From the NCBI GenBank assembly GCA_963710755.1, contig CAVQBK010000003.1:576001-640000 (forward strand): a DNA stretch of 64,000 nt. Direction: 5' to 3'. Origin of the DNA: an uncultured bacterium (GTDB lineage: Bacteria; Oederibacteriota; JAAXVQ01; JAUVAV01). Position numbers and translations under genes: made by a program. Below, piece by piece: positions 1 to 10,264 of the stretch. Positions within the stretch are counted from its first letter, which is position 1, and every line of letters starts with the position of its first letter. The notes under the pieces were generated by a model. The model was not told the origin of the DNA and did no database searches. It saw only the letters and a list, made by a program, of their open reading frames with translations.

Positions 1-2
1 TG

Positions 3-428
3 TATCATGAGAAACAACCTTCGGGTCGTGCCTTCAAATCAGCCATAACCCGGGCCTTGGCTCAGGCCGGTCTTGAGCCTCAAGACTTGGATGCCGTTTT
101 TTTAAACGCCAATGGCGATGGCCTGCAGGAACAAATGGAATTGGAAGCCATCGCCGCCATGCTGCCTGCTTCTTTACCCGCGGTGGCCTTGAAAGGCGCA
201 TGGGGTGAAACTTATCATGCCGGTGCCAGCATGGCCGTGGTGGCCGCCAGTTTGGCGCTCAAGCACCAAGTGATGCCACCAACGTGTAAGCTGCATGCCC
301 ATCCGCCGGCAGGGTTTAAATGGCATTCAGTTCCGCTGGCCATGCCTCTGCGGCATGTTATCGTACTGGCTGCGGAAGGGACATCCAAGGCTGCGGCCTT
401 GATTCTATCCAGAGGTGAACAGCCATGA
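3..428 (+). CDS. Beta-ketoacyl synthase C-terminal part (partial, 5' end outside window); chain-length-factor-like
   Basis: Frame open from base 3; KS C-terminal pattern AGLEPQDLDAVFLNANG...E..AI...ALKGAWGET..AG...PPT; stop overlaps fabG start (ATGA). Confidence 0.75.
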   Translation, partial: YHEKQPSGRAFKSAITRALAQAGLEPQDLDAVFLNANGDGLQEQMELEAIAAMLPASLPAVALKGAWGETYHAGASMAVVAASLALKHQVMPPTCKLHAHPPAGFKWHSVPLAMPLRHVIVLAAEGTSKAAALILSRGEQP

Positions 429-1174
429 CTTATACCTATGACGGTGAGGTAGTATTGGTAACCGGCGGGACCGGAGCTTTAGGACAAGCTATGGTTAGAC
501 GCTTGCGTGCCGAAGGCCTGAAGGTGGCCTTGACCTATGCTCATCAAAAAGCCACGGCTGAACGCCTGGTCGAAGAAAACGGTGGACCGGGACAGGTCCT
601 GGCCTTGCGGGATGAGGGCACTACCTTGAACAGTGTCAGGCAGCTGGTGGAACAGGTCAACCAAAAATGGGGATCCATTCATTTTTTAGTTAACAATGCC
701 GGGATTATTCGCGATGTCTCCTTTGTGCATATGGAAGAAGAAGACTGGCAAAAGGTGCTGGCCGTGAATCTGGAAAAAGCGCTGGCCTTTTGCAGAGCCG
801 TTATCTTTGACATGGTTAAGGCCAAACAAGGCACCATCGTGAATATAAGCTCGGTGGCGGCTCTGGCTGGGTCCAAAGGACAGGTGAATTATGCCAGTGC
901 CAAAGCTGGGCTGCTGGGCATGACCAAAGCCCTGGCCCGGGAATTCGGCCGCCATGGGTTGCGCATCAACGCGCTGGCGCCGGGGTATATCGAATCAGCC
1001 ATGACCGCCAGTCTGGGCCCGGCCAAGCTGGAAGAAGTGAAAGGGCTTATCCCCTTGCGCCGGTTGGGCCATCCTGAAGAGGTAGCGGCAGCCGCAGCTT
1101 TTTTACTCTCCCGGGAGGCGGGCTATGTCACCGGCCAAACCCTGGTGATTGACGGCGGACTGGTCATGAATTAA
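425..1174 (+). CDS. fabG: 3-oxoacyl-ACP reductase (SDR)
   Basis: TGGTGALG, LVNNAGIIRD, NYASAK (YxxxK), GQTLVIDGG; adjacent to KS. Confidence 0.85.
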   Translation: MTYTYDGEVVLVTGGTGALGQAMVRRLRAEGLKVALTYAHQKATAERLVEENGGPGQVLALRDEGTTLNSVRQLVEQVNQKWGSIHFLVNNAGIIRDVSFVHMEEEDWQKVLAVNLEKALAFCRAVIFDMVKAKQGTIVNISSVAALAGSKGQVNYASAKAGLLGMTKALAREFGRHGLRINALAPGYIESAMTASLGPAKLEEVKGLIPLRRLGHPEEVAAAAAFLLSREAGYVTGQTLVIDGGLVMN

Positions 1175-1349
1175 CGGAACCTAGGAAGTCCGCGCCTTGG
1201 TCGGACAGCGGTTTGCATGCGTAGGGCACAGACACCCGGCCTACACCGGACAAGCAACCATATCCCTACAAACAGAAAGATGCTATTAGCCGCAGGGGAC
1301 GCTGTTATACTTTATTTCCGGCTCTGCCGATTTATAGGAAGAAGAAAAA

Positions 1350-2630
1350 ATGAAACCACCTTTTACCAGTGCCATTCTTACCATTGGCGATGAATTGATC
1401 CATGCGCCTATGGATAGCAATGGTCCGGCCATCGCCGCTTTTTTAAATGATCACGGACTGGTGGTATGCAGCCGCGTCACCGTACCTGATGAGCTGGACA
1501 TCATTAACGAACACTTGGCCCACCTTCACCAAACCCACGATCTGGTGATCTGTTGCGGGGGCTTGGGGCCCACTCAGGATGATTTGACGCGGCTTGCCAT
1601 CAGCCAGGTAACCCATAAACCCTTGGTCTTGGACCCGGTCAGTCTTAAGGCCATTAAAACCCGTTTTCTAAAGCGGGGTTTTGCCATGACACCCCTTAAT
1701 GCCCAGCAAGCTTATAAACCGAGAGGCGCGCAAACCCTGCCCAATGCCAATGGCACAGCACCAGGGTTGCTGCTTAATCATAAGGGCCGTTGGATTGCGG
1801 CTCTGCCCGGTCCACCCCGCGAATGTCTGCCCCTGCTGCAACACCAATTATGGCCGCGGCTGCAAAAAATCAGCGCCCGCCGGAGCCAGCCGGCCGAGAC
1901 CATCACCCTGCTTACTGTTGGTCTGGGCGAGTCCACTGTTCAGGAAATGACTGCGTCGCTGGTGCCGGTGGATAAAGATTTGCACCTGGGTTTTTTGATA
2001 CAAGAGCCAGGCGAAGTATTAATCAAACTGACTGTGTCCGGAAGCACATTGAGAAAGAAAAAAGCTCTTGCTCAGACGGTGTTTAAAAAAATAAAAATAA
2101 AATTGGGCTCAGCGGTGGTAGGTCGGGGTGAGCGCAGCCTGGAAGAGGTGATCGGGCGGCTGCTACTCAAGCAGCAGCAAACCCTGGCTGTGGCGGAATC
2201 GTGCACCGGAGGGTTGATCAGCAGCCGCCTCACGGCTGTGCCCGGCAGTAGCCGTTATTTTCACGAAGGGATGGTCACCTACAGCAATGAAGCCAAACAG
2301 TATCGCCTGGGGGTGCCGCGGACGTTGCTCATAAGCAAGGGTGCGGTCAGTCAGGAGACCGCCCTAGCCATGGCTCAAGGCGTCAGGAGGCATCACGGGG
2401 CTGATTGGGGATTGGCCGTAACCGGTGTGGCTGGGCCGGGTGGCGGCACGCCCTCCAAACCAGTGGGCATGGTGCATGTGGCCGTGGCCCGGCCCGATGG
2501 CCAAGTCGGCCATTGGGTACTGAACCTTAAAGGCACGCGCCGTTTCATCCAGCAATTAACGGCCACCACAGCCCTGAATCATTTACGCTTGAGCCTGCTG
2601 GAGGTCGATAAGCCCAGGAAGCGAACATGA
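1350..2630 (+). CDS. cinA: CinA (molybdopterin-binding-like domain plus PncC NMN deamidase)
   Basis: IGDEL, GGLGPTQDDLTR, GTAPG, LPGPPRE; C-terminal LAVAESCTGG, GAVS, TGVAGPGGG. Confidence 0.92.
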   Translation: MKPPFTSAILTIGDELIHAPMDSNGPAIAAFLNDHGLVVCSRVTVPDELDIINEHLAHLHQTHDLVICCGGLGPTQDDLTRLAISQVTHKPLVLDPVSLKAIKTRFLKRGFAMTPLNAQQAYKPRGAQTLPNANGTAPGLLLNHKGRWIAALPGPPRECLPLLQHQLWPRLQKISARRSQPAETITLLTVGLGESTVQEMTASLVPVDKDLHLGFLIQEPGEVLIKLTVSGSTLRKKKALAQTVFKKIKIKLGSAVVGRGERSLEEVIGRLLLKQQQTLAVAESCTGGLISSRLTAVPGSSRYFHEGMVTYSNEAKQYRLGVPRTLLISKGAVSQETALAMAQGVRRHHGADWGLAVTGVAGPGGGTPSKPVGMVHVAVARPDGQVGHWVLNLKGTRRFIQQLTATTALNHLRLSLLEVDKPRKRT

Positions 2631-3205
2631 GCCAGTTGCGATTATTCGTAGCTGTACCTTTACCTGAGTCAACGGTGCACCATGTTTACCGCCGACTTCA
2701 AGAATTGGCACCGCTGGTACCGGCCGTGAAATGGGTGGATCCGGCTAATATGCATTTTACCTTGGCTTTTTTAGGCAGGCGACCGGAAACGGAGTTGGAT
2801 CTCCTTAAGCAAGTGCTCGACCATGCTAGTCAGCAGCAGCCGGCGTTGACCTATCAGTTGGGGGGCATGGGCTTTTTTCCCACAACCCAACGGCCGCATA
2901 TAATTTGGATCGGTGTGGGCCAGGGCTGCCGGGCTTTTGAAGCTTTGGGGTCATCTGTGCAAAAGGCTTTGCGCAGTGCGGGCTTTGCTTTGGAAGAGCG
3001 ACCCTTTGTACCGCACCTCACCGTAGGCCGAATTAAACAAGGCCAGGGGCTGCCCCAAGCCAAGCGCCTGCAGGCCCAATGGCAGGACTTGCCGGAAAAA
3101 TTGATCGTCGACAAATTACACTTGATGCACTCCCAATTGACTTCCGACGGAGCGGTCTACACGGTTCGGCATGAAGTGTACCTGTCAAACGGTCGGCTAA
3201 ATTAA
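2627..3205 (+). CDS. thpR: RNA 2',3'-cyclic phosphodiesterase (2H family)
   Basis: RLFVAV start, two HxT motifs (HFTLAF, PHLTVGR); overlaps cinA stop. Confidence 0.9.
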   Translation: MSQLRLFVAVPLPESTVHHVYRRLQELAPLVPAVKWVDPANMHFTLAFLGRRPETELDLLKQVLDHASQQQPALTYQLGGMGFFPTTQRPHIIWIGVGQGCRAFEALGSSVQKALRSAGFALEERPFVPHLTVGRIKQGQGLPQAKRLQAQWQDLPEKLIVDKLHLMHSQLTSDGAVYTVRHEVYLSNGRLN

Positions 3206-3315
3206 AAGATATTACTTGTGTCATTGGGCTCTAAGACCAGGTGGACATAGACGGGATAAATGCGAATAGCTCAAGTGCAGGGGCGCATGAATGTTCGCCC
3301 CTGCACCAGGTTTGT

Positions 3316-5127
3316 TTATTTCAAGACTTGTTGCAAAAACAAGCGGGCAATGGGCGCGGCCATATCCATACCCGTGCCTTCTTTTTCCGCGTAAACTGCG
3401 ATCGCGACCTGAGGATCTTCAGCCGGCGCAAAAGCAATAAACCATCCATTCAACCCATGACGGGAATCACCGGTAGTGCCGGTCTTGCCGGCCACAGTAA
3501 AGCCTTTCACCTGCGCTTTGGTGCCGATCCCGTGTTTAACCGTATCGATCATATAGGTCTTCAGGGTTTCGGCGGTCTGAGGTTGAATGGGGGTACGCAT
3601 GATTCTGGGTACACCTTTTCCAATCACCTGGTCCTGAATATTTTTAATCTCACTGATCATATAAGGCTGCATCATATTACCTTTATTGGCAATAGTGGCC
3701 GCCAGCAGCGCTGCATGCAAGGGCGTCATCATAATGTTGTCTCCCAGGCCGCAAGACCGGTTGGCCAGATCAAACCGCGTATCGCTGATCATAGGCGCCA
3801 TCGAGGTGGCAATAGGCAGCGACAAGTCCATGACATTGGATTGGAAAGACATGGTGATGGGCATGCCAAACCCAAATTTATTGGAAAACTCATAGAGACG
3901 GTCAGGGCCCAAGGCAAAGCCCAGTTCGGCCATGGCGATGTTACAAGACGTGTCCAGGGCTGCCTGCAGGGAATCCACCTGGCCGTGGCGCTTCCAGCAC
4001 CAAAAGGTTTTTTCATTATAGCGGGCAGCGCCGGTGCAGGTGACCGGGAAGATACTCTCCAGATTAAGATTGGATTCCAGGGCGCCGGCCGACGTGATAA
4101 TCTTGAAAATAGACCCCGGTTTGTAAAGCATTTCCAAGGCCCGGTTTTTAAGGGGTTGGTTTTTATTTTTTATAATTTTGTTCCAGTCGTGGTCAATGCG
4201 ATTGGGATTGTAATAAGGATGATTGAGCAGAGCCTTGATCTCTCCGGTTTTGGGGTCAAGCGCTACCAGACTGCCTTTACGCCAGCCCATGGCGCGGTCT
4301 GCCGCCCGCTGCCACTCGGCATCGATGGTCAAGGTGATGGTATTGCCCGGCAGGTAGGGCTCTAAGGTTTTTTCCAAGCCCGTGGAACCGTGGAGTTTAC
4401 TGCGGTAGCCAATAATATGGGCCGTGTATTGGGCCAGGGCATAATAAGCTTTGTCCTGTTGATGGCGTACGGAATAACGGGCCAGAGGCAGTTGGTTGCG
4501 ATCAACTATATAGGTAATGAAGTCCCGGTCCAGCTCCTCTCTGGCCTGATTCAATTTCTGTTGGGCCAGCTTCAGATCAGGGTCCAGGGACAGGGTTTTG
4601 CGATAAATGTCAATGGCTTCGGTCAGCCGGCCCAGGGCATGCAGAGCCAGGGCATGGCCAAGATTAGTCTGAGCATCCTTGGGAGCCATGGACAGCGCAT
4701 GACGAAATTCCAGTTCCGCCTGGGGATAAATCCCCCGGGCCAGGTAGGAGTAGCCCATTTTGGTGTGGTTGAAGCGGCGGTTGAAGCTCAATCCCAGCTG
4801 TATGGCCTGTTCATATTTTATCTCAGCGCGAACCAGATCACCTTGGGTCAAATAAATCAGGCCGATGGCATCCACGGCCTGGGGATAATTGGTTTTCAAG
4901 CGCAACACCCGGTTGAATTCCGCCAGGGCCTGATCCAGGTTGCCCTGGGTGAAGAACGTGCGGCCCTTATTCATGTGAATGGTAACATTGATGCGGCTGC
5001 CGTAAAGATAGACAGCAGCTACCAGAAAAACTGCTAGAATGGCTAAAAAGCTCAGTAACCGGCGGCGTTGACGTTCTTTCTTTTGGCGTTTGCGAAATGA
5101 TAAAGGCATAACAGACTTCCTCTCCAT
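3316..5127 (-). CDS. TPR-repeat penicillin-binding transpeptidase
   Basis: N-terminal TM helix, several TPR-like repeats, transpeptidase motifs SIFK, SCN, KTGT. Confidence 0.85.
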   Translation of the reverse strand: MERKSVMPLSFRKRQKKERQRRRLLSFLAILAVFLVAAVYLYGSRINVTIHMNKGRTFFTQGNLDQALAEFNRVLRLKTNYPQAVDAIGLIYLTQGDLVRAEIKYEQAIQLGLSFNRRFNHTKMGYSYLARGIYPQAELEFRHALSMAPKDAQTNLGHALALHALGRLTEAIDIYRKTLSLDPDLKLAQQKLNQAREELDRDFITYIVDRNQLPLARYSVRHQQDKAYYALAQYTAHIIGYRSKLHGSTGLEKTLEPYLPGNTITLTIDAEWQRAADRAMGWRKGSLVALDPKTGEIKALLNHPYYNPNRIDHDWNKIIKNKNQPLKNRALEMLYKPGSIFKIITSAGALESNLNLESIFPVTCTGAARYNEKTFWCWKRHGQVDSLQAALDTSCNIAMAELGFALGPDRLYEFSNKFGFGMPITMSFQSNVMDLSLPIATSMAPMISDTRFDLANRSCGLGDNIMMTPLHAALLAATIANKGNMMQPYMISEIKNIQDQVIGKGVPRIMRTPIQPQTAETLKTYMIDTVKHGIGTKAQVKGFTVAGKTGTTGDSRHGLNGWFIAFAPAEDPQVAIAVYAEKEGTGMDMAAPIARLFLQQVLK

Positions 5128-5528
5128 TGAAGATCCATCGGCTCAGGCCGGTGGCATTTTTGACATGAGCCACTCGACCCTTGTAAAGCAATACAAGATT
5201 GTCATTTTGCTTTCAAGCAGGGCGGTGACAGGTTCTGCTTCCTCCAGGATGCAGGCCCATGGCATTCGCTAGGGCAGGACATGACACGGTGGCAAATCCC
5301 AGGGAATTATGGGAATGTTGAAAGAAAGATTCTAGGTCAGTCCCCATGAAAAGTCAAGGGTCAGACCCGTACTGGACTATGTCCTTTTTATATTATACTG
5401 TTCACCCTGCTTCAATAATTAGTAGGACCCCTGCAAAATCAGCACAGGCCCTAAAATATATTTTGACCGTCTTGCTCCGGCAGGTACAATGGCATCTGGT
5501 TTAACCTGGAATTCTAAGGAGGATGTAA

Positions 5529-6880
5529 TGGGATGCTCTTCAAATAAATTATGGCCTACTTTGGCCCTGCTCAGTCTGCTGGTCGCCAGTGGTTGTCAAA
5601 AACCGAAGCATTCAACTCCGTCAGGCAATACACTGCCTATCGTTAAGGTGCCGCCGTTGGAAGTGTTGGCAGCCCTTGAGTTGACCATTGGGGCACAACA
5701 GGTCAACTTACAGCGAAAAGCTGACCAATGGCAACTGACCATGCCCATGTCCGCGCCGGTACATCCTAACCGGTTGGAAAACCTGTGGTACAGGTTGACC
5801 AACCTGACAGGTGCTCAAACCGTGAGTTCTAAAAAAGCAGGACAGATCAAAAAAACTTATTTCCAAAGTCCACCCGTATTTCAATTGAGCTGGCAGGATC
5901 AAAAGGGACATCAGGACAGCCTTTGGGGAGCAGAGGGCGGACAGGATAAGACGGTCTATGTGCTCCAGCGAAGTAACGGCCGGCTATTACAATTTGCCCA
6001 GGCACCTTGGATAAATGTTGCGGACAACCTACAACAACTGCCCTGGAAAAAACTTTTGGACCTGGACTTTACGGCTGTGACCGGACTCGAGTTTCGATAT
6101 GAGGACCGTCTAATAGTATTGAACAGGAACCGCGACGAGGCCGGGTCATGGAGTATCAGCCTGCCCCAGATGCAAGCCGTCAATCCCCAGGGATTGCTGC
6201 GTTTGATGGGGTTTTTGCAGGGCAGCGAATATGTGGAGGTTAAAGAAGAAACCGTCTGGGGAAAAACCATTCTCTCCCAGTATGGCCTGCAAAAACCAAT
6301 AGCCCAACTGACCGTGCGCTTGGAACAACGACGCCTGCCTAAGGTGCTCGAGTTCGGCCAGACCGAGGACAATAAGGATGTGCTTTTTGCCAAATATCAA
6401 GATGAATCGAGAATTGTCAGTGTGCCTGCGGTATTTTTAAACCAATGTCTCATCCAATTGGAACAAGTGGGCCTGGACCGGACCTTGATTGATTTCATGC
6501 CCTTGGTGAATAAAATTGAGGGTGATTTTCCCGAAGAGCAACGCATCGCTGAACGACACGAAAAAGCCTGGGTGATGGTCAACGCCGGTTCCAAAGTGCC
6601 CGGTAATAGCCGGGCCGATGCGGAAGTGCTGGTGGCTTTTTTGAACCAACTGACCTTTGACAATCTGGTGGGCAAGGGCTCTCCTGATGATCAGGTGTTT
6701 CATGGAGCCCAAACTTTTGGAAAAATTATTTTTTACAGCAATTACCGCGATCCTTTGGTGCAGCTAACTTTTTACCGGAGCGATCTTTATCCTGAATATG
6801 TATTTATTAAAAATGAAGCCAATGGTAGAGTGGTCCTCATGGCCCTGGACAAGCTCAAGCCTTATCTAATCCACTATTAA
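5529..6880 (+). CDS. Lipoprotein, DUF4340-like
   Basis: AAGGAGG RBS before ATG 5529; lipobox LVASGC; 'LSQYGLQKP...LEFG' DUF4340-like motif. Confidence 0.6.
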
Positions 6881-7117
6881 GCCGGCATCAGCCGCGTTCG
6901 TGGCCATAGCAATGCTCCATGCGGGTACGTGGAAGACGTCCTCATTAAATTCATGGAGTCCCCGGAATTCATTCCGGGAATACCGCCGGCCCTCTCCTTG
7001 TTAAGGAGAAGGCTAATGGGTGACAGGTACCTCGATGTTACGCGAGCTTTGGGGTGGGCAATTTATTAATCAACCGGGATCAAGTCCGCTGTTGGACCGT
7101 CATCCCGCCCAGGAGGA

Positions 7118-8218
7118 TTGATGGAGACTGGAAAAATCTATTGCATTGATGATGATCTGGATATCTTGCTGCTTTATGAATTAATTCTGGGCCAGGCAGG
7201 CCACGAGATAACGCAGATCAGTAATGGGGAAGAAGCGCTGCGCAAGATTTATCAGGATAATCCCGACCTGATTGTGCTTGATGAAAACATGAGCGAGAGT
7301 GATTTGTCGGGCATGGAAATCTGCACCAACATTCGCCAGGACAAAAGTCTGCCCTATATTCCCATTATCATGGTCACGGGTATGGACTCCAGGGAGGACA
7401 AAATCAAGAGTCTGGAAAGCGGTATTGATGACTATATATTGAAGCCTTTTGACCACGAAGAACTGCTGGCCAAGGTGCAGGTGATGCTGCGCATCAAAGG
7501 GCTCTATAATGATCTCCTGAAAACGCGCAAGGATTTGCTCAAGGCGGAGCGCATGGCCGCAGTGGGTCAGCTGGCCGCGGCCATGGCCCATGAAGTGCGC
7601 AATCCCCTTTCCATTATTAGCACCTCCGTGCAATTTTTAAGAAATAAAATGGACGGCCAGGATGAAGCCAAAGGTATTATGGAGACTATTTTAAGAAAAA
7701 TATCCGAAATCGATGGCACCATCCGCGAATTGCTGGCCGTTGCCAGGCCGCTTAATTTAAAGCGTGATGCCATGCAGCTCAGCCATTGCGTGCAAGATGT
7801 GGTTTCCTTTATCCGGGAGAAATGCCTGGTTCAGCAGGTAGGCTTGGCGTTGGAGCTGGAAGAAGCCCTGCCGGAAGTCATCGGGGATTATGAAAATCTG
7901 CAACGCGTGTTTTTAAACATATTTATTAATGCTTTGAACAGCATGCCCGGCGGGGGAACCCTGACCGTGAAGACGCTGAGCAATGGCCAGGGCATGGCCG
8001 AGGTGCAGATCAAGGATACCGGCCAGGGTATTGAGCAAGAAGACATTGAGCATCTCTTTGAACCGTTTTTTACCAAACAAAGCGGCGGCTCGGGCTTGGG
8101 GTTGTTTTTGGTCAAAACCATTGTGGATGACCTAAATGGTAAAATTGATGTGAATTCCACGCCCGGTCAGGGCACCACTTTTTCCATCCAGTTGCCCGTA
8201 AGAAAAAGCAAAAAATAG
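7118..8218 (+). CDS. Hybrid response regulator / histidine kinase
   Basis: N-terminal REC (IDDD, D, KPF), HEVRNPL H-box, N/G1/F/G2 boxes (DTGQGI, FEPFFT, GSGLGL). Confidence 0.92.
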   Translation: MMETGKIYCIDDDLDILLLYELILGQAGHEITQISNGEEALRKIYQDNPDLIVLDENMSESDLSGMEICTNIRQDKSLPYIPIIMVTGMDSREDKIKSLESGIDDYILKPFDHEELLAKVQVMLRIKGLYNDLLKTRKDLLKAERMAAVGQLAAAMAHEVRNPLSIISTSVQFLRNKMDGQDEAKGIMETILRKISEIDGTIRELLAVARPLNLKRDAMQLSHCVQDVVSFIREKCLVQQVGLALELEEALPEVIGDYENLQRVFLNIFINALNSMPGGGTLTVKTLSNGQGMAEVQIKDTGQGIEQEDIEHLFEPFFTKQSGGSGLGLFLVKTIVDDLNGKIDVNSTPGQGTTFSIQLPVRKSKK

Positions 8219-8219
8219 T

Positions 8220-8246
8220 TAAAGCTATGGAAACTTTTCCCGATAC
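8220..8246 (+). promoter_or_regulatory. Putative sigma28 (FliA) promoter
   Basis: TAAA-N15-CCCGATAC versus consensus TAAA-N15-GCCGATAA, directly upstream of the FlgM-like gene. Confidence 0.6.
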
Positions 8247-8275
8247 TATTGTTGCCGGAGAAGGGAGTGTTTCAT

Positions 8276-8647
8276 ATGCCATCAACTAAAATGATTGATT
8301 ACCACCGCTGGAGAAAAGAGATTGAAAACAAACACTTTTCAGACGTCACTGAGCATTTGGACTACGGTTTGAAGCACAGAATATTAAATGCTGAAAAATG
8401 CTTTGGCGACAATCCGACGATAACGCAACTATTGGGGAAAAGGGGCGAGATAAGTGGCATGATTAAGCACCATGATGAAAAAGCATTAAAGAAACTGGTC
8501 GCTGATTTAAAGAAAACCTATGAAAAAGAAAGGGTTTTCAGGCAGGACAAGGTCGACGAGATCAAACGGCTTATTAAAAACCACCACTATCATGTTTCCG
8601 GTAAAATGGTGGTGGACAAGTGGTTCCCTGACGATCCTGCAATGTGA
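8276..8647 (+). CDS. FlgM-like anti-sigma28 factor
   Basis: C-terminal RQDKVDEIKRLIKNHHYHVSGKMVVDKW resembles the FlgM motif R.dKV..IK..I..G.Y.V....iAdK; sigma28 promoter upstream; FliA 1.6 kb downstream. Confidence 0.6.
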   Translation: MPSTKMIDYHRWRKEIENKHFSDVTEHLDYGLKHRILNAEKCFGDNPTITQLLGKRGEISGMIKHHDEKALKKLVADLKKTYEKERVFRQDKVDEIKRLIKNHHYHVSGKMVVDKWFPDDPAM

Positions 8648-8670
8648 TTCTTCTTCTATGGTTTAAATTA

Positions 8671-8712
8671 CCTAATAAAAAAGCCCGGCTTAGTCCGGGC
8701 TTTTTTATTAGG
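8671..8712. terminator. Intrinsic (bidirectional) terminator
   Basis: CCTAATAAAAAAGCCCGG-cttagt-CCGGGCTTTTTTATTAGG perfect inverted repeat with A/T tails. Confidence 0.85.
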
Positions 8713-8811
8713 GTTCTGTTAACTAATCCCTTCTGAAAATATCCTTATAAAACAATCATATTCCAAGTTATTCCAATGATTTTCACCATTCATCAACAGG
8801 TTATTAACATT

Positions 8812-8827
8812 TGGTACAGGTTTTGCA
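8812..8827 (+). promoter_or_regulatory. Putative sigma54 -24/-12 promoter
   Basis: TGGTAC-AGGTT-TTGCA (GG-N10-GC) upstream of the NtrC-like gene and fliA. Confidence 0.65.
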
Positions 8828-8862
8828 AATAGAAGGAATACCACAAGAGCAGAGGTTATTGA

Positions 8863-10260
8863 ATGACAAGTTCACTGGCACCGAAGATCGTAATGATTGA
8901 TGATGAGCCAGAAATTTGTTGGATCGTAAAAAAAATATTGGAAGAGAACGGATTCAAGGTGGAAACCGCCTTTAATGGGGAGCGTGGCTTGGATACTGTT
9001 AAAACCCTGCAACCGGAATTGGTCTTGCTGGATATCAAACTTCCCGGCATTGATGGGTTGGAAACGCTACAACGATTAAAAGCCATGGAGAAAAACCTCT
9101 TGGTCATCATGGTCTCCGCCTTTCACGATATTACGGCCGCTGTAAAATGCATGAAACTCGGTGCTTACGATTATATCAATAAGCCGGTCAATATTGATGA
9201 GCTGCTCATCACCATTAAAAATGCCCTCAAAACCAAACGTCTCGAGAGCGAAGTCAATGAGCTTCGCGACCGCATCGCCAAAAAAACCCAGGACAAAATG
9301 ATATGGTCCAGCCCGTCCATGGAAAAGATCATCGCCATGGTCGACCACATTGCCCCTTATGACGTGACGATTTTAATTCAAGGGGAGAGCGGTACGGGCA
9401 AGGAATTGATCGCCGAGTACATTCATACGCGCAGTGCGCGCTTTGAAAAACCGCTCATCAGCATAGATTGCAGTGCCTTACCGGAAACCTTGGTGGAATC
9501 GGAACTCTTCGGTTATGAACGGGGTGCCTTTACCGGCGCCAATGAGAGCAAACCGGGCCGGTTCGAGCTGGCCCACGAAGGGACGCTCTTTCTTGATGAG
9601 ATCGGCAATCTGCCCATGCGCACTCAGGTTAAGCTGCTGCGGGTTTTGCAGGAGCGCAAAATCCAGCGTCTGGGCGGCAAGGAAGAAAAACCTATTGATG
9701 TGCGTCTGATCACGGCCACCAACACCAATTTGCTCAAGGCCATTGAAGCAGGCCAATTTCGCGACGACCTCTATCATCGCCTCAATGAATTCAATGTTAT
9801 GCTGCCGCCTTTAAGAAAACGGCAGGGCGATCCCTTGCTGCTGGCCAATTATTTCCTGGAACAGTTCAACCATCAATTCAACAAACAAGTAACCGGGTTT
9901 TCGCCCGAAGTCATAGCCATGATCGAGCAATATACCTGGCCAGGCAATATCCGGGAATTAATGAACTCCGTCAAAAGGGCTGTGGTGCTTACCCAGGACC
10001 GTGTGGAGAAGGAACATTTTAACCTGGACCGTCTGCCGAATCATGCGCAGCCCATGCATGAGCCGGAGCGCTTGCCGGTGTTGGACTTGCAGCAGATCCG
10101 TCCGCTCAAGGAAATCTGCCAGGAAGTGGCACGCAAAGTGGAGAAGGAGACCATCATCAAGGTGTTGGAGGAAACCCGATGGAATAAATTGAGAACCGCC
10201 AGGCTTTTGAAAATCAATTACAAAACCTTGTTCAATAAGATCAAAGAACTGGGAATCTAA
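8863..10260 (+). CDS. Sigma54-dependent response regulator (NtrC/AtoC family)
   Basis: REC domain, GESGTGKE, GAFTGA, LFLDEIG, WPGNIREL, C-terminal Fis HTH. Confidence 0.95.
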   Translation: MTSSLAPKIVMIDDEPEICWIVKKILEENGFKVETAFNGERGLDTVKTLQPELVLLDIKLPGIDGLETLQRLKAMEKNLLVIMVSAFHDITAAVKCMKLGAYDYINKPVNIDELLITIKNALKTKRLESEVNELRDRIAKKTQDKMIWSSPSMEKIIAMVDHIAPYDVTILIQGESGTGKELIAEYIHTRSARFEKPLISIDCSALPETLVESELFGYERGAFTGANESKPGRFELAHEGTLFLDEIGNLPMRTQVKLLRVLQERKIQRLGGKEEKPIDVRLITATNTNLLKAIEAGQFRDDLYHRLNEFNVMLPPLRKRQGDPLLLANYFLEQFNHQFNKQVTGFSPEVIAMIEQYTWPGNIRELMNSVKRAVVLTQDRVEKEHFNLDRLPNHAQPMHEPERLPVLDLQQIRPLKEICQEVARKVEKETIIKVLEETRWNKLRTARLLKINYKTLFNKIKELGI

Positions 10261-10264
10261 GAGA

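Noticed and set aside
3241-4365. Long antisense ORFs (also 15918..16865, 31094..32194, 32539..33549, 37377..38264, 58970..59551)
   Set aside because: They are shadows of well-supported genes on the opposite strand, with no recognisable motifs
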